From assembly GCA_964394185.1 (NCBI GenBank), contig CAYMWM010000008.1, positions 1 through 49,734 on the forward strand: a stretch of DNA of 49,734 nt, in the 5' to 3' direction. Made by a program: the position numbers and the translations under genes. Source of the stretch: an uncultured Smithella sp. GTDB taxonomy: Bacteria > Desulfobacterota > Syntrophia > Syntrophales > Smithellaceae. The notes below the pieces were generated by a model. The model was not told where the DNA came from and searched no databases. It saw only the letters and a list, made by a program, of their open reading frames with translations. This document shows positions 1-8,772 of this stretch, piece after piece; position 1 is the first letter of the stretch, and the number at the start of each line of letters is the position of its first letter.

Positions 1-35
1 CAAATAAACAAACTACCCTAAGGAGGTAACAGATC

Positions 36-311
36 ATGAAAAAGACATTAGGAACAATGATTGTAGCGGCGGCGGTAGTTCTTTTAACGGCAACTTTCAG
101 CTTTGCTGAATTTGCGGCAGCAGGAGCAACCAATTTCCCCTTTTTCCAGCTTGGGTGTTTGATCGTTGGCGGGTTGATCATGGTTTCCCTGAAACGTAAG
201 TATGAAAAGATGTATGTTGGTGAAGTAGTCGGTGCCTTCGCTCTGTATGTGATTATGATGGCGATGTTCACCAATCCGGTTATCGAAGCAGTTAAAACTC
301 TTGTTTCTTAA
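36..311 (+). CDS. small membrane protein, family not recognised
   Basis: ORF preceded by an extended SD (ACCCTAAGGAGG about 8 nt before the ATG). Signal-like hydrophobic N-terminus plus two further hydrophobic helices. Followed by a strong terminator. Confidence 0.6.
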   Translation: MKKTLGTMIVAAAVVLLTATFSFAEFAAAGATNFPFFQLGCLIVGGLIMVSLKRKYEKMYVGEVVGAFALYVIMMAMFTNPVIEAVKTLVS

Positions 312-391
312 GAAATGTAGTAAAAGATAGGCAACAGTAACAGGTAAACAAAAAAGCCGCTACAACAGTACATGATCTGTTGTGTTATAAA

Positions 392-432
392 CCCCCTCAA
401 TGCTGGTACAGGTTGAGGGGGTTTTTTATTTT
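392..432 (+). terminator. rho-independent terminator
   Basis: CCCCCTCAA (392-400), 12-nt loop, TTGAGGGGG (413-421), then TTTTTTATTTT. Confidence 0.7.
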
Positions 433-726
433 GAGGGATTAAGCTTTGGTGAAACTTAATAATTACAAAAGCAATGCCTCAATATCTGTAAGTAAAATTA
501 TTACATATGATATTTCTTTAGATTACTGAACTGGAGAATACAGTAATTGTTATTTTTTTTCAAGAGAGCATAACATCTTAAATTACTTAAATTTTATTCT
601 TGCAATGTCTTTTGAAAGTTGTAAGATACTACCCAATTAAATCTTTTTTAATCAAAGCAGAAAAATAGAAATATTAGCAGTTCACTAGCTGACGCTGTAA
701 TTTCTGGAAACGGATCGAAATCGATA

Positions 727-3027
727 ATGGACCAAGCTACTCATAATAGAATCGTATCATTTATCTGGGGAATCGCTGATGATGTTTTACGTGATCTTTT
801 TAAACGCGGGAAATATCCGGATGTAATTCTGCCAATGTGCGTCATCCGTCGGATGGATGCAGTTCTCGAACCAACCAAACAGGCGGTGCTCGACACCAAG
901 AAGATGCTTGACGAAGCGCGTATTACCGAGCAACGCTCCGCACTTGCTGATGCCGCCGGTCAGGCATTTTACAACACTTCACGTTTCACTCTGCGCGATT
1001 TGAAATCCCGTGGAAGCCAGCAACAACTTCGGGCTGACTTTGAAGATTATCTCAATGGTTTTTCTCAAAATGTTCAGGATATTCTTGAAAATTTCAAGTT
1101 TCGCAATCAACTATCCACCCTTTCAAAGGCCGACGCTCTAGGTACGCTGATTAACAAGTTTCTCGATCCCGAAATTGATCTGACGCCAAATGGTATCGAC
1201 AACCATGCAATGGGAACAGTCTTTGAGGAGTTAGTTCGTAAATTTAATGAAGACAATAATGAAGAAGCAGGCGAGCACTGGACGCCGCGCGATGCGGTGC
1301 GGCTTATGGCCAACCTTATATTCCTGCCGATTGAGGACAAGCTAAAATCCGGCACATACCTGCTTTATGACTGTGCGTGCGGCACAGGTGGCATGCTTAC
1401 AGTGGCGGAGGAAACGCTCAAAGAGATTGCAAAGAAACGCAGTCTTCAGATTGACAGCCGCCTATTTGGGCAGGAAATAAATCCGGAAACTTACGCTATC
1501 TGCAAGGCGGATATGTTGCTTAAGGGTGAAGGTGAAAACGCTGACCGAATTATTGGCGGTGCGGAATGGTCAACTCTATCTAACGATGCCTTCCCCGCTT
1601 ATGAGTTCGACTTTATGCTTTCCAATCCGCCTTATGGAAAAAGCTGGAAGAAAGATCTTGAAACCATGGGCGGTAAGGACGGCATACGCGATCCGCGCTT
1701 CAAAGTTATGCACGACGGCGACGAACTTTCGCTTATCACCCGGTCAAGTGACGGCCAGATGCTCTTTCTTGCCAACATGGTTTCCAAGATGAACGATAAA
1801 TCAAAGCTGGGCAGTCGCATCGCAGAGGTAAATAACGGCTCATCACTATTCACGGGTGACGCGGGACAGGGAGAGAGCAACATCCGCCGCTGGCTTATAG
1901 AAAACGATTGGCTTGAAGCCATTGTCGCGTTGCCTTTAAACTTATTTTATAATACCGGCATTGCCACCTACATTTGGGTGTTATCAAATAGGAAGCCAGA
2001 ACATAGAAAGGGCAAAGTTCAACTTATTGATGCAACTCAATGGTTCAAACCATTGCGCAAGAACCTCGGTAAGAAAAACTGCGAGCTTTCGCCGGAAGAT
2101 ATCGAACGTATCAGCAACACATTTCTTAATTTCAAAGAAACACCGGAGTCGAAAATATTCCCCAATGACGCATTCGGTTACTGGAAAGTAACCGTAGAAC
2201 GTCCACTGCGTCTGCATAGTCAACTTACACTTAAGGCTATTGAAACACTGCGTTTTGCTTCGGGTGATGAATCTATCAGGGCTGATTTGTATGATGAGTT
2301 TGGAGAAGATCTTTTCACCGATTTCGCAAAAGTATATGAGAAACTGGAGAAGCGTCTTGCGGAATGGGGCAAAGATGAAGAAGATAGTGAAGAAAACGGT
2401 GACAAACCGAAAGGTTTGCCCGATAAAAAGAAGAAGAAATTGCTGGATCAGAAGACTTGGGAACGCGATGGACGTCTTTTAGAAATTGCTATAAAACTTC
2501 GCGAGATGCTTGGCGACAAGCTGTATGAAGATCATAATGAGTTTCGTAAACGTGTTGACAATACTCTTAAAGGTGAAAATATCAAAGTATCAGCAACCGA
2601 TCTGAATCTGATTTTTAAAGCGATACGCTGGCGTGTAGAAACAGCGCCGCAAGTAATCGATAAAGTGCATAAACCGGGCAAGGTTAAGGCTAATCCGTTG
2701 TATGGTTTATACGAAGCGAGTGTTGAAAATAAGACGGTAATCGTTGAATACGAATCCGACACAGAATTACGTGATACCGAACAGGTGCCGCTTCTTGAAG
2801 ATGGCGGCATAGAAGCTTTTATCAGGCGCGAAGTTCTGCCATACACACCCGATGCATGGATAAAAAAAGATGCTACAAAGATCGGTTACGAAATCAGCTT
2901 TACCCGCCACTTTTATAAGCCGCAGCCATTGCGTACACTTGAAGAAATACGCAAAGACATTCTTGCAATTGAAAAAGAGGCCGAAGGCCTCTTAGATGAA
3001 ATTATTGGTGTTGCCGGAGGTAAGTGA
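727..3027 (+). CDS. hsdM: Type I restriction-modification N6-adenine DNA methyltransferase subunit M (long form, 766 aa)
   Basis: AdoMet motif I (YDCACGTGGML) and motif IV (LSNPPYGKSW). Heads an operon with S and R subunits. Lys/Glu-rich low-complexity stretch near residue 550. Confidence 0.93.
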   Translation: MDQATHNRIVSFIWGIADDVLRDLFKRGKYPDVILPMCVIRRMDAVLEPTKQAVLDTKKMLDEARITEQRSALADAAGQAFYNTSRFTLRDLKSRGSQQQLRADFEDYLNGFSQNVQDILENFKFRNQLSTLSKADALGTLINKFLDPEIDLTPNGIDNHAMGTVFEELVRKFNEDNNEEAGEHWTPRDAVRLMANLIFLPIEDKLKSGTYLLYDCACGTGGMLTVAEETLKEIAKKRSLQIDSRLFGQEINPETYAICKADMLLKGEGENADRIIGGAEWSTLSNDAFPAYEFDFMLSNPPYGKSWKKDLETMGGKDGIRDPRFKVMHDGDELSLITRSSDGQMLFLANMVSKMNDKSKLGSRIAEVNNGSSLFTGDAGQGESNIRRWLIENDWLEAIVALPLNLFYNTGIATYIWVLSNRKPEHRKGKVQLIDATQWFKPLRKNLGKKNCELSPEDIERISNTFLNFKETPESKIFPNDAFGYWKVTVERPLRLHSQLTLKAIETLRFASGDESIRADLYDEFGEDLFTDFAKVYEKLEKRLAEWGKDEEDSEENGDKPKGLPDKKKKKLLDQKTWERDGRLLEIAIKLREMLGDKLYEDHNEFRKRVDNTLKGENIKVSATDLNLIFKAIRWRVETAPQVIDKVHKPGKVKANPLYGLYEASVENKTVIVEYESDTELRDTEQVPLLEDGGIEAFIRREVLPYTPDAWIKKDATKIGYEISFTRHFYKPQPLRTLEEIRKDILAIEKEAEGLLDEIIGVAGGK

Positions 3028-4079
3028 TGAAAGAACAAACTAAAGTTTATCTGGTCAGGGGTGGTAGCGACGGTCAGGACGAAGACTATGTGCTTGATAA
3101 CAATATCGCTATCATAGGTTTTAAAGAATTTCCTTCATTAGAAAAAGCAAAGACCTATGAAGACATATTCAAGATCATTACTACCGCGAAGCCTGATCTT
3201 AAAACGAGAGCAGCGGGCAACTATGCCGGTCAATTATGGGCATTCGCTATTGCAATGAAAGAAGATGATATAGTTGTCCTGCCACGCAAACTTACGTCAC
3301 AGGTAGCGCTTGGCAAAGTAGTCGGTTCATATAAGTATCTTAAGGTGGGCAATGAGCTTCGTCATACAAGAAAAGTGCAATGGATTCGTCCAGACGTTGC
3401 CAGATCTGTTTTTAATCAAGACCTTCTTTCTTCATTCGGGGCTTTCATGACGGTTTGCAGCATTTCGCGAAATGATGCTGCGAATAGAATTGCGGCAGTC
3501 ATCGAAGGCAAACCTGATCCTGGGCTTGTCGGCGATGTTGTGCAGACGAACAAGACGGCTGAGGTAATGACCACTGATGAAGCCGCTATAACCGATCTGG
3601 CGCAAGCAGCACATGACCAAATTGTGGAACAAATTCAAAGCCGATTTAAAGGACACGAGCTTGCACGATTGGTGGATGCAATCTTGAAAGCTGAAGGTTG
3701 GGTAACAAAACTTTCACCGCCCGGACCTGATGGGGGCGTGGACATTCTTGCCGGGCGCGGATTTCTTGGTCTTGATCAGCCACGTCTTTGCGTGCAGGTT
3801 AAGTCCCAAACCAGTGCGGCCGATGTCAGCGTGTATCGCACGCTGCAAGGTTCAATGCAAAGCTTCAAAGCCGAACAGGGGCTTATTGTTTGTTGGGGTG
3901 GTTTTAATAAACCGGTTCTTTCAGAAGCAAAACAAGGATACTTTACAGTACGTCTTTGGGAAAGTCGTGATCTTGTTGAGGCTATCTACCGCAATTATGA
4001 AAATCTGCCTGCTGAAATTAAGGCTGACTTGCCACTAAAGAAGGTATGGATGCTTGTGCCAGAGGATACTGAAGAATGA
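3027..4079 (+). CDS. Mrr-like (Mrr_cat) restriction endonuclease with an unrecognised N-terminal domain
   Basis: C-terminal PD-(D/E)xK-like signature GPDGGVDILAG...LCVQVKSQ, typical of the Mrr catalytic domain. The ATG at 3027 overlaps the hsdM TGA (TGATG), with GGAGG 6 nt upstream. Its stop overlaps the hsdS start (ATGA). Confidence 0.8.
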   Translation: MKEQTKVYLVRGGSDGQDEDYVLDNNIAIIGFKEFPSLEKAKTYEDIFKIITTAKPDLKTRAAGNYAGQLWAFAIAMKEDDIVVLPRKLTSQVALGKVVGSYKYLKVGNELRHTRKVQWIRPDVARSVFNQDLLSSFGAFMTVCSISRNDAANRIAAVIEGKPDPGLVGDVVQTNKTAEVMTTDEAAITDLAQAAHDQIVEQIQSRFKGHELARLVDAILKAEGWVTKLSPPGPDGGVDILAGRGFLGLDQPRLCVQVKSQTSAADVSVYRTLQGSMQSFKAEQGLIVCWGGFNKPVLSEAKQGYFTVRLWESRDLVEAIYRNYENLPAEIKADLPLKKVWMLVPEDTEE

Positions 4080-5464
4080 TCGCTGATCTCAAGCCATATA
4101 AAGAATATCAGGAATCGGGGCTACCGTGGCTTGGGAAGATACCTGGGCATTGGTCTATCCGCCGTGTAAAGTTTCTACTGAATGAAGTCGATTCACGCTC
4201 GACAACGGGGAAAGAACAGCTACTGCGCGTGTCGCAATTTACGGGAGTTACCCAGCGCAAATCTATAAATGGGTCTGATGAACCTGACAGCAGGGCTGCC
4301 ACACTTGTCGGTTACAAAAGAGTCGGCATCAACGATATGGTCATAAACATTATGCTGGCATGGAATGGTAGCCTTGGAGTTTCTCGATTCGAGGGCATTT
4401 CTAGTCCAGCCTATTGCGTTTACCGTTTCAATAAAGATGCACTACCGTGGTACTATCACGAACTCCTGCGCTTACCAGCATACAAGGTACGCATAAAAAT
4501 CGCTTCGACAGGTGTCGTTGAAAGTCGCTTGCGTCTTTATTCAGACGACCTTGGTCGCATTGAAGCTATTCTACCGCCACCCGGAGAGCAGACGGCAATT
4601 GTACGGTTTTTGAATTGGACTAATGGACGGTTGGGGCGAGCAATTCGGGCTAAGCGAAGCGTAATTGAGTTGCTCAATGAACAAAAGCAGGCCATTATTC
4701 ATCGTGCCGTTACGCGTGGCCTTGATCCTTCCGTATCGCTTAAAGCATCCGGCATTCCTTGGCTTGGTGATATTCCGCAGCACTGGGAAGTCCGACGTGT
4801 TAAACAGATAGCACGAATTCTTCGTGGGAAATTCTCCCATCGACCGCGCAATGACCAGTCGCTTTACGATGGTAAGTATCCATTTATCCAAACTGGTGTA
4901 GTTGCTAAGTCTGGCAAGTTTATTAAGAGTTACAGTCAGACTCTTAACGAAAAAGGGTACGCCGTCAGTAAACTGTTCCCAAAGGAAACTCTAGTGATGA
5001 CGATTGCGGCGAATATCGGAGAAGTATCTATCCTTAAATTTGATGCTTGTTTTCCCGATTCCATAGTTGGGTTTGTTCCATCAGCAAATGCTGATCGTGA
5101 TTTCCTTTATTATCTCTTTTTTTGCATGAAGCCTGTATTTTTAATTGAAGCACCAGTGAATACACAGGGTAACTTGAATGTTGAACGAATAGGTGCAATG
5201 GGAATACCTTTACCGCCCAAAGAAGAACAAAAAATAATTTCAGAGTATGTTGAGACGAAGACTGTATCATTTGATTTCGCAATTACTAAACTCGAAAAAG
5301 AAATCAAGTTATTGCACGAATACCGGATGCGCCTTATTGCAGATGTGGTTACGGGCAAGCTGGATGTGCGCGAAGTGGCCGCTACGTTACCTGAAGAAGA
5401 AACTCTGGAAGAAATTGCAGCAAGTGATGAAGCCGAAATTTCCGATGAGGAGATTGCCGTATGA
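4076..5464 (+). CDS. hsdS: Type I R-M specificity subunit S with two target-recognition domains
   Basis: Internal duplication: IPWLGKIPGHWSIRRVK near the N-terminus and IPWLGDIPQHWEVRRVK mid-protein. Two conserved coiled-coil spacer regions (LPPPGEQTAIVRFL..., LPPKEEQKIISEYV...). ATGA overlaps at both ends. Confidence 0.9.
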   Translation: MIADLKPYKEYQESGLPWLGKIPGHWSIRRVKFLLNEVDSRSTTGKEQLLRVSQFTGVTQRKSINGSDEPDSRAATLVGYKRVGINDMVINIMLAWNGSLGVSRFEGISSPAYCVYRFNKDALPWYYHELLRLPAYKVRIKIASTGVVESRLRLYSDDLGRIEAILPPPGEQTAIVRFLNWTNGRLGRAIRAKRSVIELLNEQKQAIIHRAVTRGLDPSVSLKASGIPWLGDIPQHWEVRRVKQIARILRGKFSHRPRNDQSLYDGKYPFIQTGVVAKSGKFIKSYSQTLNEKGYAVSKLFPKETLVMTIAANIGEVSILKFDACFPDSIVGFVPSANADRDFLYYLFFCMKPVFLIEAPVNTQGNLNVERIGAMGIPLPPKEEQKIISEYVETKTVSFDFAITKLEKEIKLLHEYRMRLIADVVTGKLDVREVAATLPEEETLEEIAASDEAEISDEEIAV

Positions 5465-8400
5465 CAACTGATGTAAGTGAAAAGGGACTTGAAACCATTA
5501 TCATGCGTTTCATGACCGGCACTGATGGGTTGGATATTGCAGCCGGTGGTGTGGCCGAGACATCTGTTGAAATAGCTTACCGAAGAGCAAGTGGTTCAGG
5601 TTACATTGCCGGATTTGCCCAGGATTATGACCGAGCTCACGCCATTGACGTGACGCAGCTTTTTGCTTTCCTGCATAGCACGCAGCCCGAAGTATTTGAA
5701 AAACTTGGCCCTATAAGTTATCTTGACTCGAAAAACATGAATCGCCTTAAGTTGCTTACCCGAATCTCTTCGGAGATCGGCAAACGTGGCGTCATTGATG
5801 TTTTGCGTAAAGGAATCGAACATCATCCCATCGGACACATTGATCTTTTCTATGGCACACCATCGGAAGGCAACGCTAAAGCGGCAGAACTCAATGCCCA
5901 GAATCGTTTTTCCATAACACGTCAGCTTGCCTACAGTATAGACGAAACGCGCCGTGCGCTGGACCTGAGTTTGTTTATTAATGGCCTGCCGATTGCCACT
6001 TTCGAGTTAAAGAATAGCCTTACCAAACAGACAGTGGAAGACGCGATAGAACAGTATCGCCGCGACCGCAATCCGCGCGAAAAGCTTTTTGAATTTGGCC
6101 GTTGCATCGTTCACTTTGCCATTGACGATAGCGAAGTACGTATGTGCACCGAGCTCAAGGGGAAGGCATCGTGGTTTCTGCCCTTCAATAAAGGATTTAA
6201 TGATGGCGCCGGTAATCCGCCAAATCCTGATGGCCTAAAGACTGACTATCTTTGGAAAGAGCTACTTACACCGGCGGGATTAACCAATATCCTGGAAAAT
6301 TACGCCCAGATTGTCGAAGTCAAAAACAAGAAGACTGGCAAGAAAAAACGCAGCCAGGTATTTCCCCGTTATCATCAACTTGATGTGGTGCGTAAAGCAT
6401 TGGCCGACGTGAAGGATCATGGAGTAGGAAAACGATACCTTATTCAACATTCGGCGGGTAGTGGAAAGTCGAATTCCATCGCGTGGCTTGCACATCAACT
6501 CATCGGAGTAAAACACGAGGGTAAGGAAATTTTCGATTCGGTCATTGTAATCACTGACCGGCGGATTCTGGATGATCAGATTCAGAATACCATAAAACAA
6601 TTCATGCAGGTTAAAGCGACAGTGGGCCACGCCGAAAATGCAGGCGATTTGCGCAAGTTCATCGAGCAAGGAAAGAAGATCATAATCTCGACTATACAGA
6701 AGTTCCCCTTCATTCTTGATGAGCTTTCAATCGAAAGTGGCAAAACGTTTGCTATAGTCATTGACGAGGCGCACTCGAGCCAGGGTGGAAAAACTTCAGC
6801 CGCCATGAGCAAGGCGCTGGGTGCGGGGAAAGGCGGCACGGAGGTGGAAACAGACCCTGAAGATACGATAAACGAGGCTTTGGAAAAACGCATGAAGGCA
6901 CGCAAAATGCTTAAAAACGCCAGCTATTTTGCTTTCACTGCCACTCCCAAGAACAAAACGCTGGAAATGTTCGGTGATGAATTGCCACCCGATGACGAAG
7001 GCAAGGTTAAACACCGGCCTTTCCATATTTATACGATGAAGCAGGCAATAGAGGAGCGCTTCATTCTTGACGTGCTCAAGAGTTATACACCCGTCAACAG
7101 CTACTACAAGCTGGTAAAGAAAATCGAAGGCGACCCGGAATACGATACAAAAAAGGCGCGGAAAAAATTGCGGCACTACGTGGAAAGCCACGATCATGCA
7201 ATCCGCCTCAAGGCTGAAATAATGGTGGATCATTTCCACGAGCAGGTGCTTGCGGCAGGAAAGATCGGCGGGCAAGCAAGGGCGATGGTAGTGACTAGCG
7301 GCATTGAACGGGCAATTCAATACTACCATGCTATAAAAACTTATCTCCTGGAGCGCAAAAGTCCCTATCAGGCAATTGTTGCTTTTTCAGGCGAGCATGA
7401 ATACGGTGGTGTAAAGGTCACTGAAGCCTCACTCAATGAATTTTCAAGTAGCGACATTGCCGAGAAGATTCAGACTGATCCTTATCGTTTTCTTATCTGT
7501 GCCGACAAGTTTCAGACAGGCTATGATGAGCCGCTTCTGCATACGATGTATGTGGATAAGCCTCTGGAAGGCATTAAGGCAGTGCAGACACTTTCCAGAC
7601 TTAATCGCGCGCATCCGCAAAAACATGATTGCTTCGTTCTTGATTTTCAGAACAACAGCGAAACAATCTCATACGCTTTTCAGGATTATTATCGCACAAC
7701 GTTACTTGCCGAAGAAACCGATCCTAATAAGTTAAACGATCTGAGGACAACACTTGGCGGTGCACAGGTTTATTCGCCGCAACAGATTGATGAAATAGTC
7801 GAATTGTTTCTTGGTGGTGCTGAGCGTGATAAGCTTGATCCAATCCTCGATGTTTGTGTGGCCGTTTACAAGGAATCACTGGATGAAGATCAGCAGGTGG
7901 ATTTCAAAGGTAAAGCCAAAGCTTTCTGCCGAACCTATGATTTCCTGGCTTCAGTGATACCATACACTAACCGCGATTGGGAAAAACTTTCGATCATGCT
8001 CAATCTGCTGACACCCAAACTGCCCGCACCGAAAGAGGATGACCTCGCCAAGGGTATCCTTGAAGCAATTGACATGGACAGCTATCGTGTGGAGAAGAAG
8101 GCGGTAATGAAGATTGCGCTGGCTGATAAGGATGCGGAAATTGGACCAGTGCCTACGGAGGCAGAAGGCCGCAAAAAAGAGTCTGAGCTTGATTATTTGA
8201 GCAATATAATCAAGACATTTAATGATCAATTTGGCACGCTTTTTACTGATGCGGATCGTGTCGTAAAACGGATTCGGGAAGATATTGCTCCCAAAGTCGC
8301 CGCTGATACGGCATATCAAAATGCTAAAGAAAATACACCACATACCGCGCGCATGGCCCATGACCAAGCGCTCGGCAAAGTGATGCAGCTCTTACTCAAG

Positions 8401-8490
8401 GATGATACACACGTATACAAACAGTTCGTCGAAAATGAATCTTTCCGGCGCTTCGTCGGCGATATGGTTTACACGCTGACGAATCCTTGA
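5461..8490 (+). CDS. hsdR: Type I restriction enzyme R subunit (nuclease plus SF2 helicase/translocase)
   Basis: N-terminal nuclease motif (DLSLFINGLPIATFELK). Helicase motif I (HSAGSGKS), motif II (VIDEAHSSQ), motif III (FTATP), motif VI (QTLSRLNR). 1009 aa. Confidence 0.95.
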   Translation: MTTDVSEKGLETIIMRFMTGTDGLDIAAGGVAETSVEIAYRRASGSGYIAGFAQDYDRAHAIDVTQLFAFLHSTQPEVFEKLGPISYLDSKNMNRLKLLTRISSEIGKRGVIDVLRKGIEHHPIGHIDLFYGTPSEGNAKAAELNAQNRFSITRQLAYSIDETRRALDLSLFINGLPIATFELKNSLTKQTVEDAIEQYRRDRNPREKLFEFGRCIVHFAIDDSEVRMCTELKGKASWFLPFNKGFNDGAGNPPNPDGLKTDYLWKELLTPAGLTNILENYAQIVEVKNKKTGKKKRSQVFPRYHQLDVVRKALADVKDHGVGKRYLIQHSAGSGKSNSIAWLAHQLIGVKHEGKEIFDSVIVITDRRILDDQIQNTIKQFMQVKATVGHAENAGDLRKFIEQGKKIIISTIQKFPFILDELSIESGKTFAIVIDEAHSSQGGKTSAAMSKALGAGKGGTEVETDPEDTINEALEKRMKARKMLKNASYFAFTATPKNKTLEMFGDELPPDDEGKVKHRPFHIYTMKQAIEERFILDVLKSYTPVNSYYKLVKKIEGDPEYDTKKARKKLRHYVESHDHAIRLKAEIMVDHFHEQVLAAGKIGGQARAMVVTSGIERAIQYYHAIKTYLLERKSPYQAIVAFSGEHEYGGVKVTEASLNEFSSSDIAEKIQTDPYRFLICADKFQTGYDEPLLHTMYVDKPLEGIKAVQTLSRLNRAHPQKHDCFVLDFQNNSETISYAFQDYYRTTLLAEETDPNKLNDLRTTLGGAQVYSPQQIDEIVELFLGGAERDKLDPILDVCVAVYKESLDEDQQVDFKGKAKAFCRTYDFLASVIPYTNRDWEKLSIMLNLLTPKLPAPKEDDLAKGILEAIDMDSYRVEKKAVMKIALADKDAEIGPVPTEAEGRKKESELDYLSNIIKTFNDQFGTLFTDADRVVKRIREDIAPKVAADTAYQNAKENTPHTARMAHDQALGKVMQLLLKDDTHVYKQFVENESFRRFVGDMVYTLTNP

Positions 8491-8516
8491 TAATCTTGAA
8501 AAGCCTAATAAATTAA

Positions 8517-8690
8517 CTACTTTTCTTTCCTAATGCCCTTGAACGGATCGTGGTCGGCTTTTTGATCAATGAATCTGCCGGTATCCGTATCACGCTTAAC
8601 CCAGCGATCATTATGTGGATTATACGTTTGCGACCGATCTGTTACCTGTCCGTGCCGATGGTTGTCGCCATAAGGTGGATTTTTAGCCAT
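8517..8690 (-). CDS. unannotated 57-aa basic protein (MAKNPPYGDNHRHGQVTDRSQTYNPHNDRWVKRDTDTGRFIDQKADHDPFKGIRKEK)
   Basis: Below the 60-aa cutoff of the ORF track. ATG at 8690-8688 with GGAGG about 8 nt upstream (complement of 8701-8705). TAG stop at 8519-8517. Hand-translated, hydrophilic, non-repetitive sequence. Confidence 0.5.
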   Translation of the reverse strand: MAKNPPYGDNHRHGQVTDRSQTYNPHNDRWVKRDTDTGRFIDQKADHDPFKGIRKEK

Positions 8691-8720
8691 AATGGTTCAC
8701 CTCCTTTCTAAATTTCTTAG

Positions 8721-8754
8721 TTGACAATTTAATAACTTTATGTTATTTTGTCAA
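8721..8754 (+). promoter_or_regulatory. candidate sigma-70 promoter embedded in an inverted repeat (possible XRE operator)
   Basis: TTGACA (8721-8726), 17-nt spacer, TATTTT (8744-8749). TTGACAA (8721-8727) and TTGTCAA (8748-8754) are exact inverted repeats. Lies between the divergent 57-aa ORF and the XRE gene. Confidence 0.4.
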
Positions 8755-8772
8755 CCAATGGAGGAGAAGAAT

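Noticed and set aside
1-726. Search by eye for a duplicated tRNA-Leu 3' segment (distal att site) in the AT-rich region upstream of hsdM.
   Set aside because: No match to the tRNA 3' end was seen. The island's left border is probably outside the window or uses a short core I cannot detect by eye.
2380-2450. Acidic then poly-Lys low-complexity stretch in HsdM (DEEDSEENGDKPKGLPDKKKKKLL) as a possible slippage or phase-variation tract.
   Set aside because: The DNA is not a homopolymer or simple repeat (mixed AAA/AAG/GAA codons). It is more likely a flexible linker.
1107-8367. Many 60-177-aa ORFs antisense to or out of frame within hsdM, the Mrr-like gene, hsdS and hsdR (for example 6796-7329, 177 aa).
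   Set aside because: They are fully nested in genes with strong motif support, have no SD, and have low-complexity or Ser/Arg/Leu-rich composition typical of antisense frames.
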